Source of the DNA: Geosiphon pyriformis uo1
Lineage: Eukaryota; Fungi; Glomeromycota
Direction of reading: 5' to 3'
Length of the DNA: 64,000 nucleotides
NCBI GenBank assembly: GCA_016748015.1
Contig: JAAOMT010000512.1
Location: 1,026,719 to 1,090,718 of the forward strand
Part shown: piece after piece, positions 23,601-37,023 of the stretch
Position numbering within the stretch: the stretch's first letter is position 1
How the letters are laid out: every line of letters starts with the position of its first letter
The notes under the pieces: generated by a model
Databases searched by the model: none
What the model saw: the letters and a program-made list of their open reading frames with translations, nothing else
What the model was told of the DNA's origin: nothing
Position numbers and translations under genes: made by a program

Positions 23601-24429
23601 TTATAATAAAATCTTTGTTTACTACAGCTGATTATTATTAACATATATAACATATATTATAAACAGTAAAATATTTTAACAGACAATGTAAATTGAATTA
23701 CTAATTTTTATAAAACAAGAAAAAATAAACCAATCATCTTTAAAGCATTTTTTAATATAAATTATGTAAAATTTTTAATGAATTCTTATAAATTTTAGTT
23801 TGTGTAAAAGCTAATTTTGTTAATAAATAGACTATATATTTATTAAAAAGAGTTAAGTATAAAAAAACTTTTATTAAGTTGAATTATGAAATAACAAAAA
23901 AAAAATATTATTATTATTAGAACTATACTAACTATGAAGATACCAATATTAAATTATTTGAAAATAAAGACACTAATTGTAAATTATATATTACAGATTA
24001 AAAATCTGATTAATATACTAAAACTTATATGAAAAAAATTTTACAGTTAGAAATATAATAAATAAATCTTGACTATAAAATCAAAAAATTGTTGTAAAAT
24101 CTGGATTCTAAGAACTATTATAAGTTAAAAAAGATTAAATAAGAGATATTAGTCAAATAGCTTGAAGCTTTTGAGTTAAAAAAAGTGGTTACAAAAGTTA
24201 AAAGCTTATTGTATTCTTTAAATAAGGCTTTATTAACAATAAATTTTATAAGCACTATTACAATTTTTCTAAATACAAATCTATTAAATAAAGCTATAAA
24301 AAAAAATTACATAAAAAAAATAAGACTTGAACAGTTCTGTTGTTTTTTCAATTACATTGCTCAACTGTTTAATTTTTTGTCTGTTTTCAAAATAAATAAA
24401 TCTATTTTTAACAATTACTAAGTATTTTT

Positions 24430-25100
24430 TACATAAGAAAAGAGATATCAAATTTTTTACATTCTTTCTTTAAAGCAATTTTAAGTTCAATTATAGATTT
24501 TGGAAAGTCTTTATGTTTTTCTATATTGTCTTTTAATAGCTTTTAAATATTCTTAATTAGATTCAGATTTGACCAGTTAATAGTCATAATTTTATTTTCT
24601 GTTAATTATTTTTTGATATTTTTTATAATATATATTAGTGTATAGATTCTAGTTAACAACTTAATTGCTTTCTAAAATGAAAGTATTTGCATAGTTATAT
24701 CACAATTGAGAGTTTTATTTTCAAATAATTATTTCTTTTGATGTACAAATCAACTTTAAAATTTGTTAAAAGGTTAAATTTCTGTTGACTTATTTTATTC
24801 ATTAGAATTTAACTTAAGGAACATTATTTTAAAGTAATTATTTTCTTTGAACAAAAAAAATGGTTAAGCATATTATTTAAAATATATTAGTTTTTAATAT
24901 TTTCACATTTTTGTAAATTTGGTTTTTAATATTGTTAAAATATAATTTTTAATTAATAATTATAAAATATAACTTTGTTGAAATTTTCTTTTGTTCTTGT
25001 AAAATAAGTTACTAATTTTTTAAATAATTTTTGTCTGCTTATTAAAGTACTAGATTTCCATAAAAATGGTTATTAATTTTATATTTGCCAAGTATAATTC
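24430..25100 (-). mobile_element. Heavily decayed Tc1/mariner transposase relic
   Basis: The minus strand at ~24590-24440 reads NWSNLNLIKNI*KLLKDNIEKHKDFPKSIIELKIALKKECKNFD, a mutated form of the Tc1 C-terminus WPxxSPDLNPIENxW...LKxALxEEW. The upstream extent is approximate. Confidence 0.55.
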
Positions 25101-26478
25101 TTTAAATTTTTTAAAATTCCAAATTGTTGTTTACAATTTATTAATAACATTTTAAACTTGTTATTTCAGTAATTGTTACTTTATATAAATTTCAGCTGAT
25201 ATGTTAATTTTATTTTGATAAATCTTATAAATTATTTTTATTTTATTTTAATAACTTTGGTGCCAAATATTTTAACATATAAAACAAATCTTTTATTTTG
25301 TTATCTTTTTAAATTAAATTAATATAGTAATTTTATATAAAAAAACCAAATATTCTGATTTATGTATTTTTTTGTGCTTACAATATTGGCTCTTTTTTTT
25401 TATTATTTTTAAATATTTTCAGTTAAAAAATCATCAAAAATATGCAAAAAATAATATATTTTAAAAATATTAATTAATAAATTTAACAATGTTTCTTATT
25501 TGTAATATATTGAAAAATAATTTAAATATATGCTATTTATTGTTTAATTCTTTATATTAATGTAATAAATGTTAAACTTTAAATACTTAATAAAACAATG
25601 ACATAAAATTACTATCTTGATATTAATATATAAACACAAAAAACAAATTCAAAAATTTTTTATGTCAAACAAGCTCTTGCATTTTTTTAATATAGATAAA
25701 GAAATTTAAGTTTTTAAATCTTAATTTTTATATTTTTATCTTTTAGCATTTTTTATAACTTATTTAATTTATTTGAATTGCTCTTACAAATTCTAAATTA
25801 AAAACAGATTTTAAAATATTTTAAAGATTTTAACAACTAAAATTGTTAAAATTAAATCAATATTTAACTAAAAACTATTTTTTATAATAAAATAAAATTT
25901 GATTAATTTTTGTTATTAAAAAGCTGTTAAGATTTCAAATATATTGTTATGGGTTGGAGTAACAAACTAATAGATAGCAAGAGAAAACAAGATTGTAGGA
26001 TGATGAAAGGAATCAAAAGGAATTCAACTTTAAAGAGCAAATTAAATGAGCATGAATTCAATGTGCAAAATCAGTTTTATAAATTATCTCAGTTGTTATA
26101 TTTTTAAAAAAATAACCAGGGAATTTAAAAGTAGAAAAATAGTCTGTACTATTAACAAATAATCACACACTGGTATAATTCTATGCTTCATGTTGGCACT
26201 CTTAGAATTCAATATTAGGTATTAGATATACTCTTCAGTTACATTTTATTCAATAATTTTCAAATGCTACAATTATATATTTCAAGAAAAAGATAGAAAA
26301 TAATCAACAAGTAATCTTTTATCTCAAGATGTTCAAATACTTGAAGGTAGAAAAAGAGAAATTAAAGATAAGAGAAGAATTGAAATGAAAGTTGTTATTT
26401 TATTTATTTTATTTTCTTGATTTCTGATATGCATTTTTACAGCTAAGAGATTCATTGCTTATATAGCTATTAAAAATG

Positions 26479-26570
26479 GTCAATGATCAGGTCCATAACT
26501 AAGTCAATGATCAAGTCAATGATCAGATTAATGATCAGATCAACAGTCAGATCATTAATCAGATCAATAA
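26479..26570. repeat. Degenerate 12-bp tandem repeat (GTCAATGATCAG-like, ~7 units)
   Basis: gtcaatgatcag/gtccataactaa/gtcaatgatcaa/gtcaatgatcag/attaatgatcag/atcaacagtcag/atcattaatcag. Confidence 0.75.
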
Positions 26571-29500
26571 TTACTATTTAAGAATAGAGTGACTAATTAT
26601 ATAACATCAGTGACTAATACATATGATAATTAATAAAAAGTATGAGTTTCAACCATAATAATATACTTGAATTATATTTAACACCATATATATTTCTCAT
26701 AATTTATCATAATATAAAATTAGAAAAATATTTTATCAACAAAAAATTAAATAATTTAATTATCTTTGATATCTTTTTTTTATTTTCTATATTTTCTTAT
26801 GACTTAACATGTATTAATCATTCAAGTTGAAACAGATTATTAAGAAATGAGTGAAATATTTACTTCTATAGTTTGTTTATCAAATAAATCAATATAATAA
26901 TTAATAAAATTGTTTTGTCTTAACAAAAAATAGATAAATACATATTAAATTGCTTTAAGATCAGAAAATTTAAGATAAAAATATAGTCTTATTTTTTTTG
27001 TTTTGAGAAAATTTCAAGACCTTTTTTCTTAACTAGTGTTTTTGCTAATATTTTTTTAATTGTCAATCTTTTTTTTTCTATTATTTATAGTTTTGAAAAA
27101 GTTACTAATTGTTAATTTTACTCTCATAACTACTTTAATCAAATTAGTAAATTATGGATATAACTTTGCTTTTAGTTGGTTTGAATATCACAGCTCAGTA
27201 ATCAATAGTATTATTGTATAATAAGGCTTTGACTTGTAGATTGCAATAGTAATATAGCAAACAATTTGTTTTTTTTGAATATATTAACAAATTTTTAAAA
27301 ATACTTGCTTATATTTTGTTTCAGATATCTTTTTTGTAGTTTGGCTTTAATGTGTCACTTTCTAATATTTTAATAAAAATTGTAGAAAAAAGTCATTATT
27401 TTTTTGATTTTACATAAAAAAAGCATATAATAATTATAAACAGTCTTTTTTTTGTGAGCTAGCAACTCATAAAATAGCTTGTTGAGACTCTATAATGCAC
27501 ACTGACATGCTATTAATAGTGTGCTCACCAATAAGCAGTGGTATTTTTTACTGCCAGTGATTAATAGGGTAGTTAGTAACAAAAAAGCATATACAATATT
27601 GCTAAATCAATCAAATAGAATAAGTAAACTTATTTTAAAATCTTGTTTCTCTTTTAATACTTTCTGTTAAACTTTAAACACTTTAGAGTAGTGCTTATTA
27701 ATAGTGTACAGTTTATTTTTATAATACTTATTTCTTTATTTTCCAAATTTTTATAAAAAGAATCAAAAATTTAAGAACTTTTAAGTAAAGATATGTCTAT
27801 GTTCTTCCAAAAAGCTCTGAATAATCAAGGCTAAATTAAAGTAAATACTTTGTAAGGCATGGTTTTAAGAACTACAGAACACTGTTTCTTGTTAAGATAT
27901 TTTAGAGAATCAAGATAGTGACCTGCATAATGACAATAGGTTTAAGAAGTTGAGTACAATGAATGTTGTTAAAAAAGTAAATGTGTCAATTGTGCATTAG
28001 GATTTTTCAATTGGTTTTATCAATTGCTGAGTCCAAATTAAGTTGCAATGTATTTAGATTGTTAGGTGAAAAAATCTTAAAACCTGAATTTTTTATGAAT
28101 AAGCTTTTTGTTTATTATTATTTATTTTAAAATCTAGATTGTATTATTAGTTATTCAAATTAACCAAATCAATAAGCATTTTAAATTTATTTTAGTAATA
28201 ATATTGATTATTTGTATCAATATTAACTATAAAATGGTTTAAAACAGATAAATAATTTGAATAAACATAAGTCATATAAAAAAAAATTTTAATCTTTTAT
28301 TTTACAAAGGTGAAAAATTTTAATTCTCAAGTTATTTTTAAATTATTGTGCTTTATCACATGCATTAAAATATATAATAAAGAATTTAATTTCTTGAATT
28401 TTTCAAAAATTATTAATATATTAATAATATATTAATAAATAAAAATTTTTAATATATTTATTTAAATAATAATAAAATATAATTATAAACAATTGAAATA
28501 TTTTTTTAGTTTTTAATATCTGTTTTGTATACAATTATAATTTTTTTTTGGTTATTAATACACATAATATAATTATTTTTAAAATTATTGTTATTTTAAT
28601 TAATTAATTGAAATAAAAGAAAAATCAAATCAATATAAATCAATAAATTATAAAAAAACAAATTAAGCTAAAGAAAAAAGGTAGATTTTATTCATATTAA
28701 ACAGTTAAATATGACATTATAGTAAAAATGTATTTTGAAAATTATAAAAATGAGAAAAGAACTCGTTTTTTGTACATTATTACAAATTTTAAATTTTGTT
28801 TTTAGCAATAACAATAGTAATTTTTTTTTCATTTAAAAACTAAGATTACTAAAAAAATTGATAAAAAATAAAATTTATTAAAAGTAATTATTTTGAGTAA
28901 TGAAAATGATACAGCTTTTTTCTTCAATTAAGATATTGGTAAGACTTTAAAAAAGTAATTAGTATTATATTTTTAAAATTCTAATTAATAAAGTAACAAT
29001 AGTAAAAAATAATTGTATATTAGCATGGGCAATATGATTAAAAAGTAGATATAATGAAAGTATTGGCATTAAATTAGGTAAAGCAAATAACAGATTAAAT
29101 AAATAAATTACTGAATACACAAATTCCAACAAAAAGAAAAATAATCAGTGATAAAGCAAAGGGAGATTGAATTTGGAAAATGTGATTTGAAGTAAGTAAT
29201 TTAAGATAAAATGAGAATTAATTCAATTGATTAATGCAATTGTAAAATTTTAAAGCAAAAATAACAATCAACGTTGTATTCTCTATTCCTAGCTTGCTAT
29301 TTGTTATTATATTTGGTGAACAATAACAAAGCAATAAATCGTTACAATAAAAATTCCAAACTACCTTATTACTTTTCTCAGAACTAGCATATTTCAAATT
29401 GAAGAGACTTTGTTTTAGTTTTTTTGGTTTTTTATTCCGTTATGTTATCTTGAGTAAAATCCTCTTTTCTCTGTTTTTTTACAGGCCTGTGAAATGTTAT

Positions 29501-32500
29501 CTGGCTTCAGAGTTAAGAGTTGTACTATAAGTGCACATGACCAGTTATTCTCGCAGCAATCCTATTGGATATTTTTATAAGTATTTGGATAGTGGAAAAC
29601 AACATAAATTACAAAAATTCATTGATTAACGACATCTACTTTCTTTATTTTATTAAAAGTCTGTCAAAAGATTGCTAATCTTATGTTTTAGTCTGTAGAA
29701 GTGCTAGGACAAAAACAAAATGTTATTAGTCTTGTTACATAAAAAACTGTATGCTAATTGGTAATTCAGAAGAATGCATGATTAAAAACTGTTAATTATC
29801 CTATGGCTTTGACCATCATAGTTCATGATTAATTGCCTAGAGTACATATTATGTGTGCACAGTCACTTGTCAATGCCATTTTTGTCATAAATTGGATATT
29901 AAATGCAGAAGTCTCGATATCTAGAAGGCAACATGCATCAAATACAATGCAGATGGCGTTGTGATAACCTCTACCCAAACTTGCCGTTAAAATCAAACGT
30001 CACGAAGCACATTTTCAACTCTTCATACCAGATATGATGTCTTGATTAATATTTCGTAATCTATCATGAATCAAGGCATAGAAAATAGTTTCCCCCTTGA
30101 GAAGACCCATGAAAAATGACAAGTTAAAAGCTAGGTCAACAATGACCTTTTAGATAATTCAAACAATGACTTTAATTCTCAATAAGATATTTTCAATTAT
30201 TTCCAAGAAAAGAAAGAAAGCTTTGGCAATACAATCAAAAACGTCATATGATCTTTAGGGTGTGAAGTATTTAGGGATTTATTCATTTTCAATGGTTTTG
30301 AAATTTATCCGTTATTTATGCATTTCTAGTAACTTTGGCAAATGCAAATTAAGCATAAACCCGTTACATCTAATTGTTCGCCGCGCAATGGTGTTTCCAA
30401 TAAAGTTTGCATGCAGTTATATGCTTGTTTATATGCATATACGGTATCTAAAAATCCACTTCTCCTTGTAGATCAAGAGTAGTTAGAGGAAGAAATATCA
30501 GCAAAACAAATAATCAACAAGCTCTACTCTATTTGAATACTCATTTAGTTGCAATGTTAAATTTTGAAACAATTGTTTAAAAATATTGGAATCGATAAAA
30601 TAATTTTAAAATCTAGTTCTTTTCACATGGGTCAAATCGGGAATTAGGTTTTCCTGTTTGGATAATACAGAAGAATTTCCCACAATTGATACATATTAGG
30701 GAAGAAATAAAATTCTCATTATGACAGAATTTTCTCAAGCCCATGAACCATTATTTAAATTTTTGGTTTCTAACCCTGGTTCACCCAAATCGGAATTATT
30801 TTATTTTAGGCTTAATGTGATTAGCTTTTTAAAGAAATTTCCAAACCAAAAATCTTTTTCTCAAAGAACGTGCTAGAAATCATTGATTTTAAATCTAACA
30901 CTAATATTAACATGAATATCTCCAAAAATAAAGTATATTTTTTTATTTGGAACCGGAATAACATATACACTCTTATTCGGAATCTCCAATCATTTTTAAA
31001 TACAGAAAGTTGTCCAACAACTAAATTGCTAATAAGATTTTATTTGCAATTGGTAAAACTTTAAATTTTGTATTAAACAATTAAATACTTTGTTGGATCT
31101 CTTTGAGCTGCTATTACTGCTTAAATTTAACATGATATAATATCTTTGTTATTCTTTCTTAATATAATATTCAAGTTAATGGCTTAACTTTAGCTTATAG
31201 GTTTTGATTGAACTAAAAATCTGGATTTGAGCAAGCCAAACAAAAATATGTAATTCAAATTTTGCGTAAAATATGTTTGCAACCTTTAATTTGTGAAATT
31301 AAACATTTTTTACTTGGAACTAACCATTGTTTTTTAATAACACATATTGCAAGATAAATATAGTATATTTTTCAAGTGTTTTAACATATTTATTTTCAGT
31401 TAAAACTATGTTTCACAGTTGTCAAAATACGTAGAAATAACTATTTATCAATAGTTTTTTACTATATATTAATATTTATAATCTTTCTAAAACTGGAAAC
31501 AGGTTGACTGCTGCAATAGAGGTAGTTGATGATATAATCAGGTTTGCACGTTTTTCAATGCTCAGAAATTTGATTTCTTACCTTTTTGGGCAAATGAACA
31601 CTTCAATAATATCTTTAAATAATACCTTTAAATTTTAAAAAGGGGAAAAATAAATTTAATTAAATATTTGAAAAGCGTTTTAATAAAATGATCCGAAAGT
31701 TAAGAATCCTTCCATTTTCGAAAAATACCCCTCATACTTCTTAATACCGAATTTAGAGATTGTAGCAAACAGCTAGTCAATGTCGAAGAATTTTTCTTTT
31801 AAACTAAACCTAGCAATGAGTACCATGGACCTTTTCACGACACATAAGCTTCCTGCTAATCAACATAAGGACAATAGTTCACGCTGTATATTCCACTGTG
31901 AGAATTTTAGGGCGTATGTGATAGCCTCCGTAACCAGACCCTTCTTTTCAAGAAATTTGTCGAAAAATAGCAACAAAGTTATTAGGTCCACCATAAAATA
32001 TTCCTAAAGGGGGATCTACATGGTTTGGCCTCAGCAAATAACAATTATCATGTGATTAACAAAAAACTATTTTTGCTAAAACTTAATGATTATTAAGCCT
32101 TAATAAAAATAGGTTATAAATCATAAAAAATGAAATATCTTGATGTCATAAAAATTTATTTCATCTGGTTTTGTTGTGATAATATAATCAAGGAACAATA
32201 TTAAAGTTCATTCTAATGAAATTAATGTGTATTTTGATTAATCATCTTGGAAACTCAAGTGAGCAAGAATTCTCACGTTTATCAGATTCACCTGCTCTTT
32301 CTAAAATTTTATAAGAATTAATCAAAATAATTTAAATAACACATTAAAAGTTCTCTATCCTTAAACTAGCGCTCGATTTTTTGTATAAATCAATCATGTG
32401 ATCCAATAAAGGGATCATTTAACTCTTCGACAATCATTTTTTACGTGAGAAATTTATTCCCAATTTGTCAGCGCAAACTGATTCTTAAAATACATTTCAC

Positions 32501-33565
32501 CTGGTATGATATACTCTTCACTGTCAAATTCACCCTAATCAACACTCAATCTTCCATCCATCCAATGGCGATTCTTTCGCATATGTCGCATCTCGCTGTT
32601 CTGATAAATGGGTGAAATTGAATTATCGCAGAAATGCCTCATCGTCTCCAAATTTAGTGTTGATGATCAGCAGAAAATGCTCAATAAACGAGCTCCCAAG
32701 GCAGGAATTGAAAATATTAAATATATTTTAACTAAAAATTGCTTTTTTCTCAAAAAGCTTTTATAATCTTTGGTATGTTAAACATGGTGTGAAGCTTTCA
32801 GATATAAAACCTTCACAAAAAAAAAGTTTTCTCCGTAGATTTTATCATTTCAAAATCTCCGTAAACAAAAAGAATCTTAAATGTGCTTTTATATATTATA
32901 AGAACTTCCTTTGTTATCATATTCACACATTTAATACGATTAAAAAACTGATATTCAGAAAAGTCCGGAACTAGGCTTAATTAAAGGAAAATATCAAACG
33001 CATAAAGCATCACCAAATTAGAAGGAAAAACATATACAAGCACACATATAGGTATCTGGGAATTCTAGAGTCACTATTTTCAAGGATATCTGTTTCGAAG
33101 GAGTGTTAGGATATTTACGTGAGGGAAAAGTGCTAGTTACCTTTGGTAGTGATTTTCCGATCGGTGTCATTTTGATATTGTCAATCCACATGGTTTGATA
33201 AATTGTGTTACTGTCCTCTATTAAAGTTTTTACTAATTTTTATAAATACCAAGAGATTCAAACAGAATCTTCATTATAAAAGCGTATTACTTTAGGAGAT
33301 TCAAAATTTTGGGTATTTTTTTTATTGTTTTAATATAATTAATAATTGATATGACCCGGCTATTTTCTAGATAGTAAAACTCTTCACATTCCCATAAAAG
33401 CAACTAAAACAACAAATATTTCCATACACAAACCCTCTCGTCCAAAATCTGATATCAAACAAGTTTACTAAAATATATATTAAAACTTCTTTTCAATCGT
33501 ATAATTCTCCCATCGCAGAGCGAAAAAATTTTGTTGTTCTTCTCCCCTCACAAACTTCCTCCTTG

Positions 33566-36500
33566 ATGGACTTCTTTCGTAAGAGCACAAATATCTCTTC
33601 CACCACATACTCACCAACCACACTCCTGAATGTGGTCAAAGCAAGGATTCAATTATCGGGATTAACATGTGCAAGTTGTGTCAAGTCTATCGAACAGACT
33701 CTGGCAAGTTTGCCAGGCGTAGTAGTCTCTTCAATAACAGTCAATCTCTTATTAAGTAATGCGACTCTGCAATTTGATACCACCCGAATAACTCTATCAC
33801 ATATCACAAGAGCAATTTCAGAAACTGGATATGACGTGATCGAAGCTAATTTATTAAAAACTCAATCTTTATACATACCACCAAAAAAGAGATTCTCTGA
33901 TCTTTCGAATCTTACTAAAAAAGCTTCGGATGATACAATAGTTGTGCTTGAAGAATCAAGAAAAACCGCTATTGAGACTGCGGTTAATGGAATTGATTTT
34001 AAACGTAATATTAATGCCACCACCATGAAAAAAGAATTTCAAGAAATATCTCAATCATCGACCATAAGACTAACCATTTCTGGAATGGTATGTGGCTCTT
34101 GTGTGAGTATTATTCAACGTACATTAGAAGGATTGAACTCGGTGGAATACGCAAACGTTAATTTGCTCACCAGCGAAGCCAGTGTCAAATATAATCCTTA
34201 TGAAATTGGACCACGTGATATGATTCAAAAAATTACGGAACTCGGATTTAATGCTCACGTGACAAAAACCGCAACAAATCAACAAGGAAACGCGATACGT
34301 CAGCTTGCTGAGAAGGAACAACAACGATTTAAAAATCATTTTGTTTTATCATTGTGGTTCGCTGTACCCACTTTTATTATTGCCATGATATTCATGAATG
34401 CACTTCCACATGATAATAGAATCAGACAGATATTCATGACTCAAATGGTTCCTGGACTCGAAATTGGTACCTTTCTCTTATTCCTGCTTGCAACACCAGT
34501 TCAATTTTATCTTGGATATCCATTTTACGTCAGAGCATGTAAATCATTATATTATGCAAGAGCTGCAAATATGGACACATTAGTTTCAATTGGTATAACT
34601 GTCGCGTATGCTGGCTCAATAGTAAACGTGTGTTTGCCAGTCGCTCACGGTAGCGATCAACCTGGCCAGCAATTCTTTGAAACTAGTGTATTCTTGGTTA
34701 CTTTTATATGGTTGGGGAGATGGATGGAAGCCAAGGCTAAAGGAAAAACTTATGAAGCAATCACGAAGCTAATGGAATTACAGCCTGAAGCTGCGACTTT
34801 GATCGAATTAGTTCCACATCAGAAATCCGGTGACAATATTATCGAAACTGAAATTGATCTATCCCTAGTTCAAGGTAAGAAAATTATCTCCGAATCAAAA
34901 AAATATGAAGATTTAAAGTTGTTATAATATATTTTCTTATTAATAATAATTAATTGAAAAATAGTGGGGGATATTCTAAAGGTCAACCCTGGGGCAAGAA
35001 TCCCTTGTGATGGTTAGTAATTATTGTTTGCTTTGTTTCTACGAATAAAGGATTGTCCTATTGGTTCTCTATCATTTTTCAAACATTAATTTATCTTTCT
35101 CTTTTGATTAATTTAGGTAAAATTTATCGTGGCTCAACCAATATTGATGAGTCAACATTAACGGGAGAATCAATGCCAGTCGTGAAAGGTATTGGGGATG
35201 ATGTTTTCACCACAACATTTAATACCACATCTTCAATTTGGATAAAAGCAACGCGTGTCGGAGCTGATACCACCTTATCGCGTATTATTAAACTTGTTCA
35301 AGAGGCACAGTCTAGTAAAAAAGCTCCAATCGAAGCTTTAGCCGATAAAATTGCACAAATTTTCGTTCCTCTGGTAATTTCAATAGCAGTTTTGGCTTTT
35401 GTAACTTGGTTCGGATTAGGTGTCACTGGTCACATTCCGGAAGATTGGCTGCCAGATGGTCAAAACTTTGCCGTATTTTCGTTGTTCTTTTCTATCTCTG
35501 TGTTGGTCATCGCATGTCCATGTGCAATGGGTCTTGCTTCGCCGACAGCAGTCATGGTTGGTACTGGAGTGGTTGCCCAATTCGGAATTTTGATTAAAGG
35601 TGGTGGTGAGGCGATTGAAATGGCCCATCGAGTCGATGTGATAGCTTTTGACAAGACTGGAACATTGACTTACGGAAAACCAAAAGTGGTTGAAACAAAA
35701 TTTTTGCACAGACCTGAAACATTGGAAAAAGATAATAAACAGAGGGAGCAATTGTTAATGAGAATTATTGGCATGATTGAATCGTCGAGTGACCATCCTT
35801 TGGCAAAAGCTGTTTCTCAGTATATCACCGAACAAGCAATCATTCAAAGAAACATAAATGCATTATCTTTTGCCTCTTTTGCTTCTAATCCAACAATTAT
35901 TGTCCCTAAAGTCGAATTGGAACTACCATCTAGCCATGTTTCGTTAAAAGAAGTTACCGAAATACCGGGGAAAGGATTACGCGCCAGAATCAAAGTTTCT
36001 TTTGTCCCGAAAAATTTCTTTCCGGACAATATTAATACGGAAATCTCGGATTCTGACTCTGACGCGACTTCCACATATTATAACGTGTATATTGGTAATG
36101 AGAGTTGGATGCGTGACAATGGTTGCGTTTATCCATGGCATATTACAACCCAAGAAGGTGATTCGGTTCTTCATAAATGGAAATCATCAGGTTTTTCAAT
36201 TGTACTCGTAGGTCTTTCACTAGCTAAAGCAAAACCTCAAAAGAGAGGGGGTATAATTCTTGCCCAATTCGCCATCGCAGATACTCCAAGGCCAGATGCC
36301 AAAAAAACAATAGCCGCGTTAAAGGAAAAGGGAATTGAAATTTGGATGATTACAGGTGATAATCCATTAACTGCCGCAGCAATCGCTCTTCAAGTTGGCA
36401 TTGAAAATGTCTTGGCCGAAGTTTCACCAGAAATGAAAGCCGAAAAAGTGAAATGGTTGCAACGCCGTGGTGCCGAGCCAAAAGAAAAAAAGAAAAAGAA

Positions 36501-37023
36501 TAAGAAACAAGGACCCACAACATTCAGAATTATAAACGATACCAAAAGCATTGATATCATTCAACCCGAACCTACAATCTCTCGTCTCCGATTTTGGCGA
36601 AGATTTAGTGGCAATGTTGGACCACCTCCACACCAACGTGCGACAGTTGCAATGGTTGGAGACGGTATCAATGACTCACCAGCTTTAGCACAATCTGACT
36701 TGCCCATATCAATTGCAAGTGCCACTGATGTTGCTATTGAATCAGCTTCAATTGTTCTCACAAGGTCAACGCTAACTTCACTCGTCACACTGATCACTCT
36801 GTCTGACGCGGTAATTCACCGTATACGAATGAATTTCCTATGGGCATACGTGTACAACATGCTAGCTATACCTATAGCAGCCGGTATTTTTTTTCCAGCG
36901 TTCAAATTCGCTTTACGACCCGAAATTGCTGGATTGGCTATGGCAGCTAGCTCTATTAGTGTCGTTTTGAATAGCTTATTGTTGAGGCGATTCAAGGAGC
37001 CCAAGGTTTCTGATGTTGAATAG
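33566..37023 (+). CDS. P1B-type Cu(+)-transporting ATPase (CCC2/ATP7/CopA family); 3 exons (33566-34874, 34965-35012, 35117-37023)
   Basis: Two HMA domains (GLTCASC, GMVCGSC), NMDTLV, TGES, CPC, DKTGTLT, HP (SDHPLA), MITGD, GDGINDSPALA, and the Cu+-type YN and MAASS motifs. Confidence 0.96.

Noticed and set aside
26479-26570. CRISPR-like array
   Set aside because: Contiguous 12-bp units with no spacers and no cas genes.
32401-32430. GGGATCATTT resembling U3 snoRNA box A
   Set aside because: The flanking box A', B, C and D elements were not found.
7187-32974. Scattered 60-80 aa Ile/Lys/Phe-rich ORFs in AT-rich intergenic DNA
   Set aside because: Expected by chance from base composition; no domains or splice structure.
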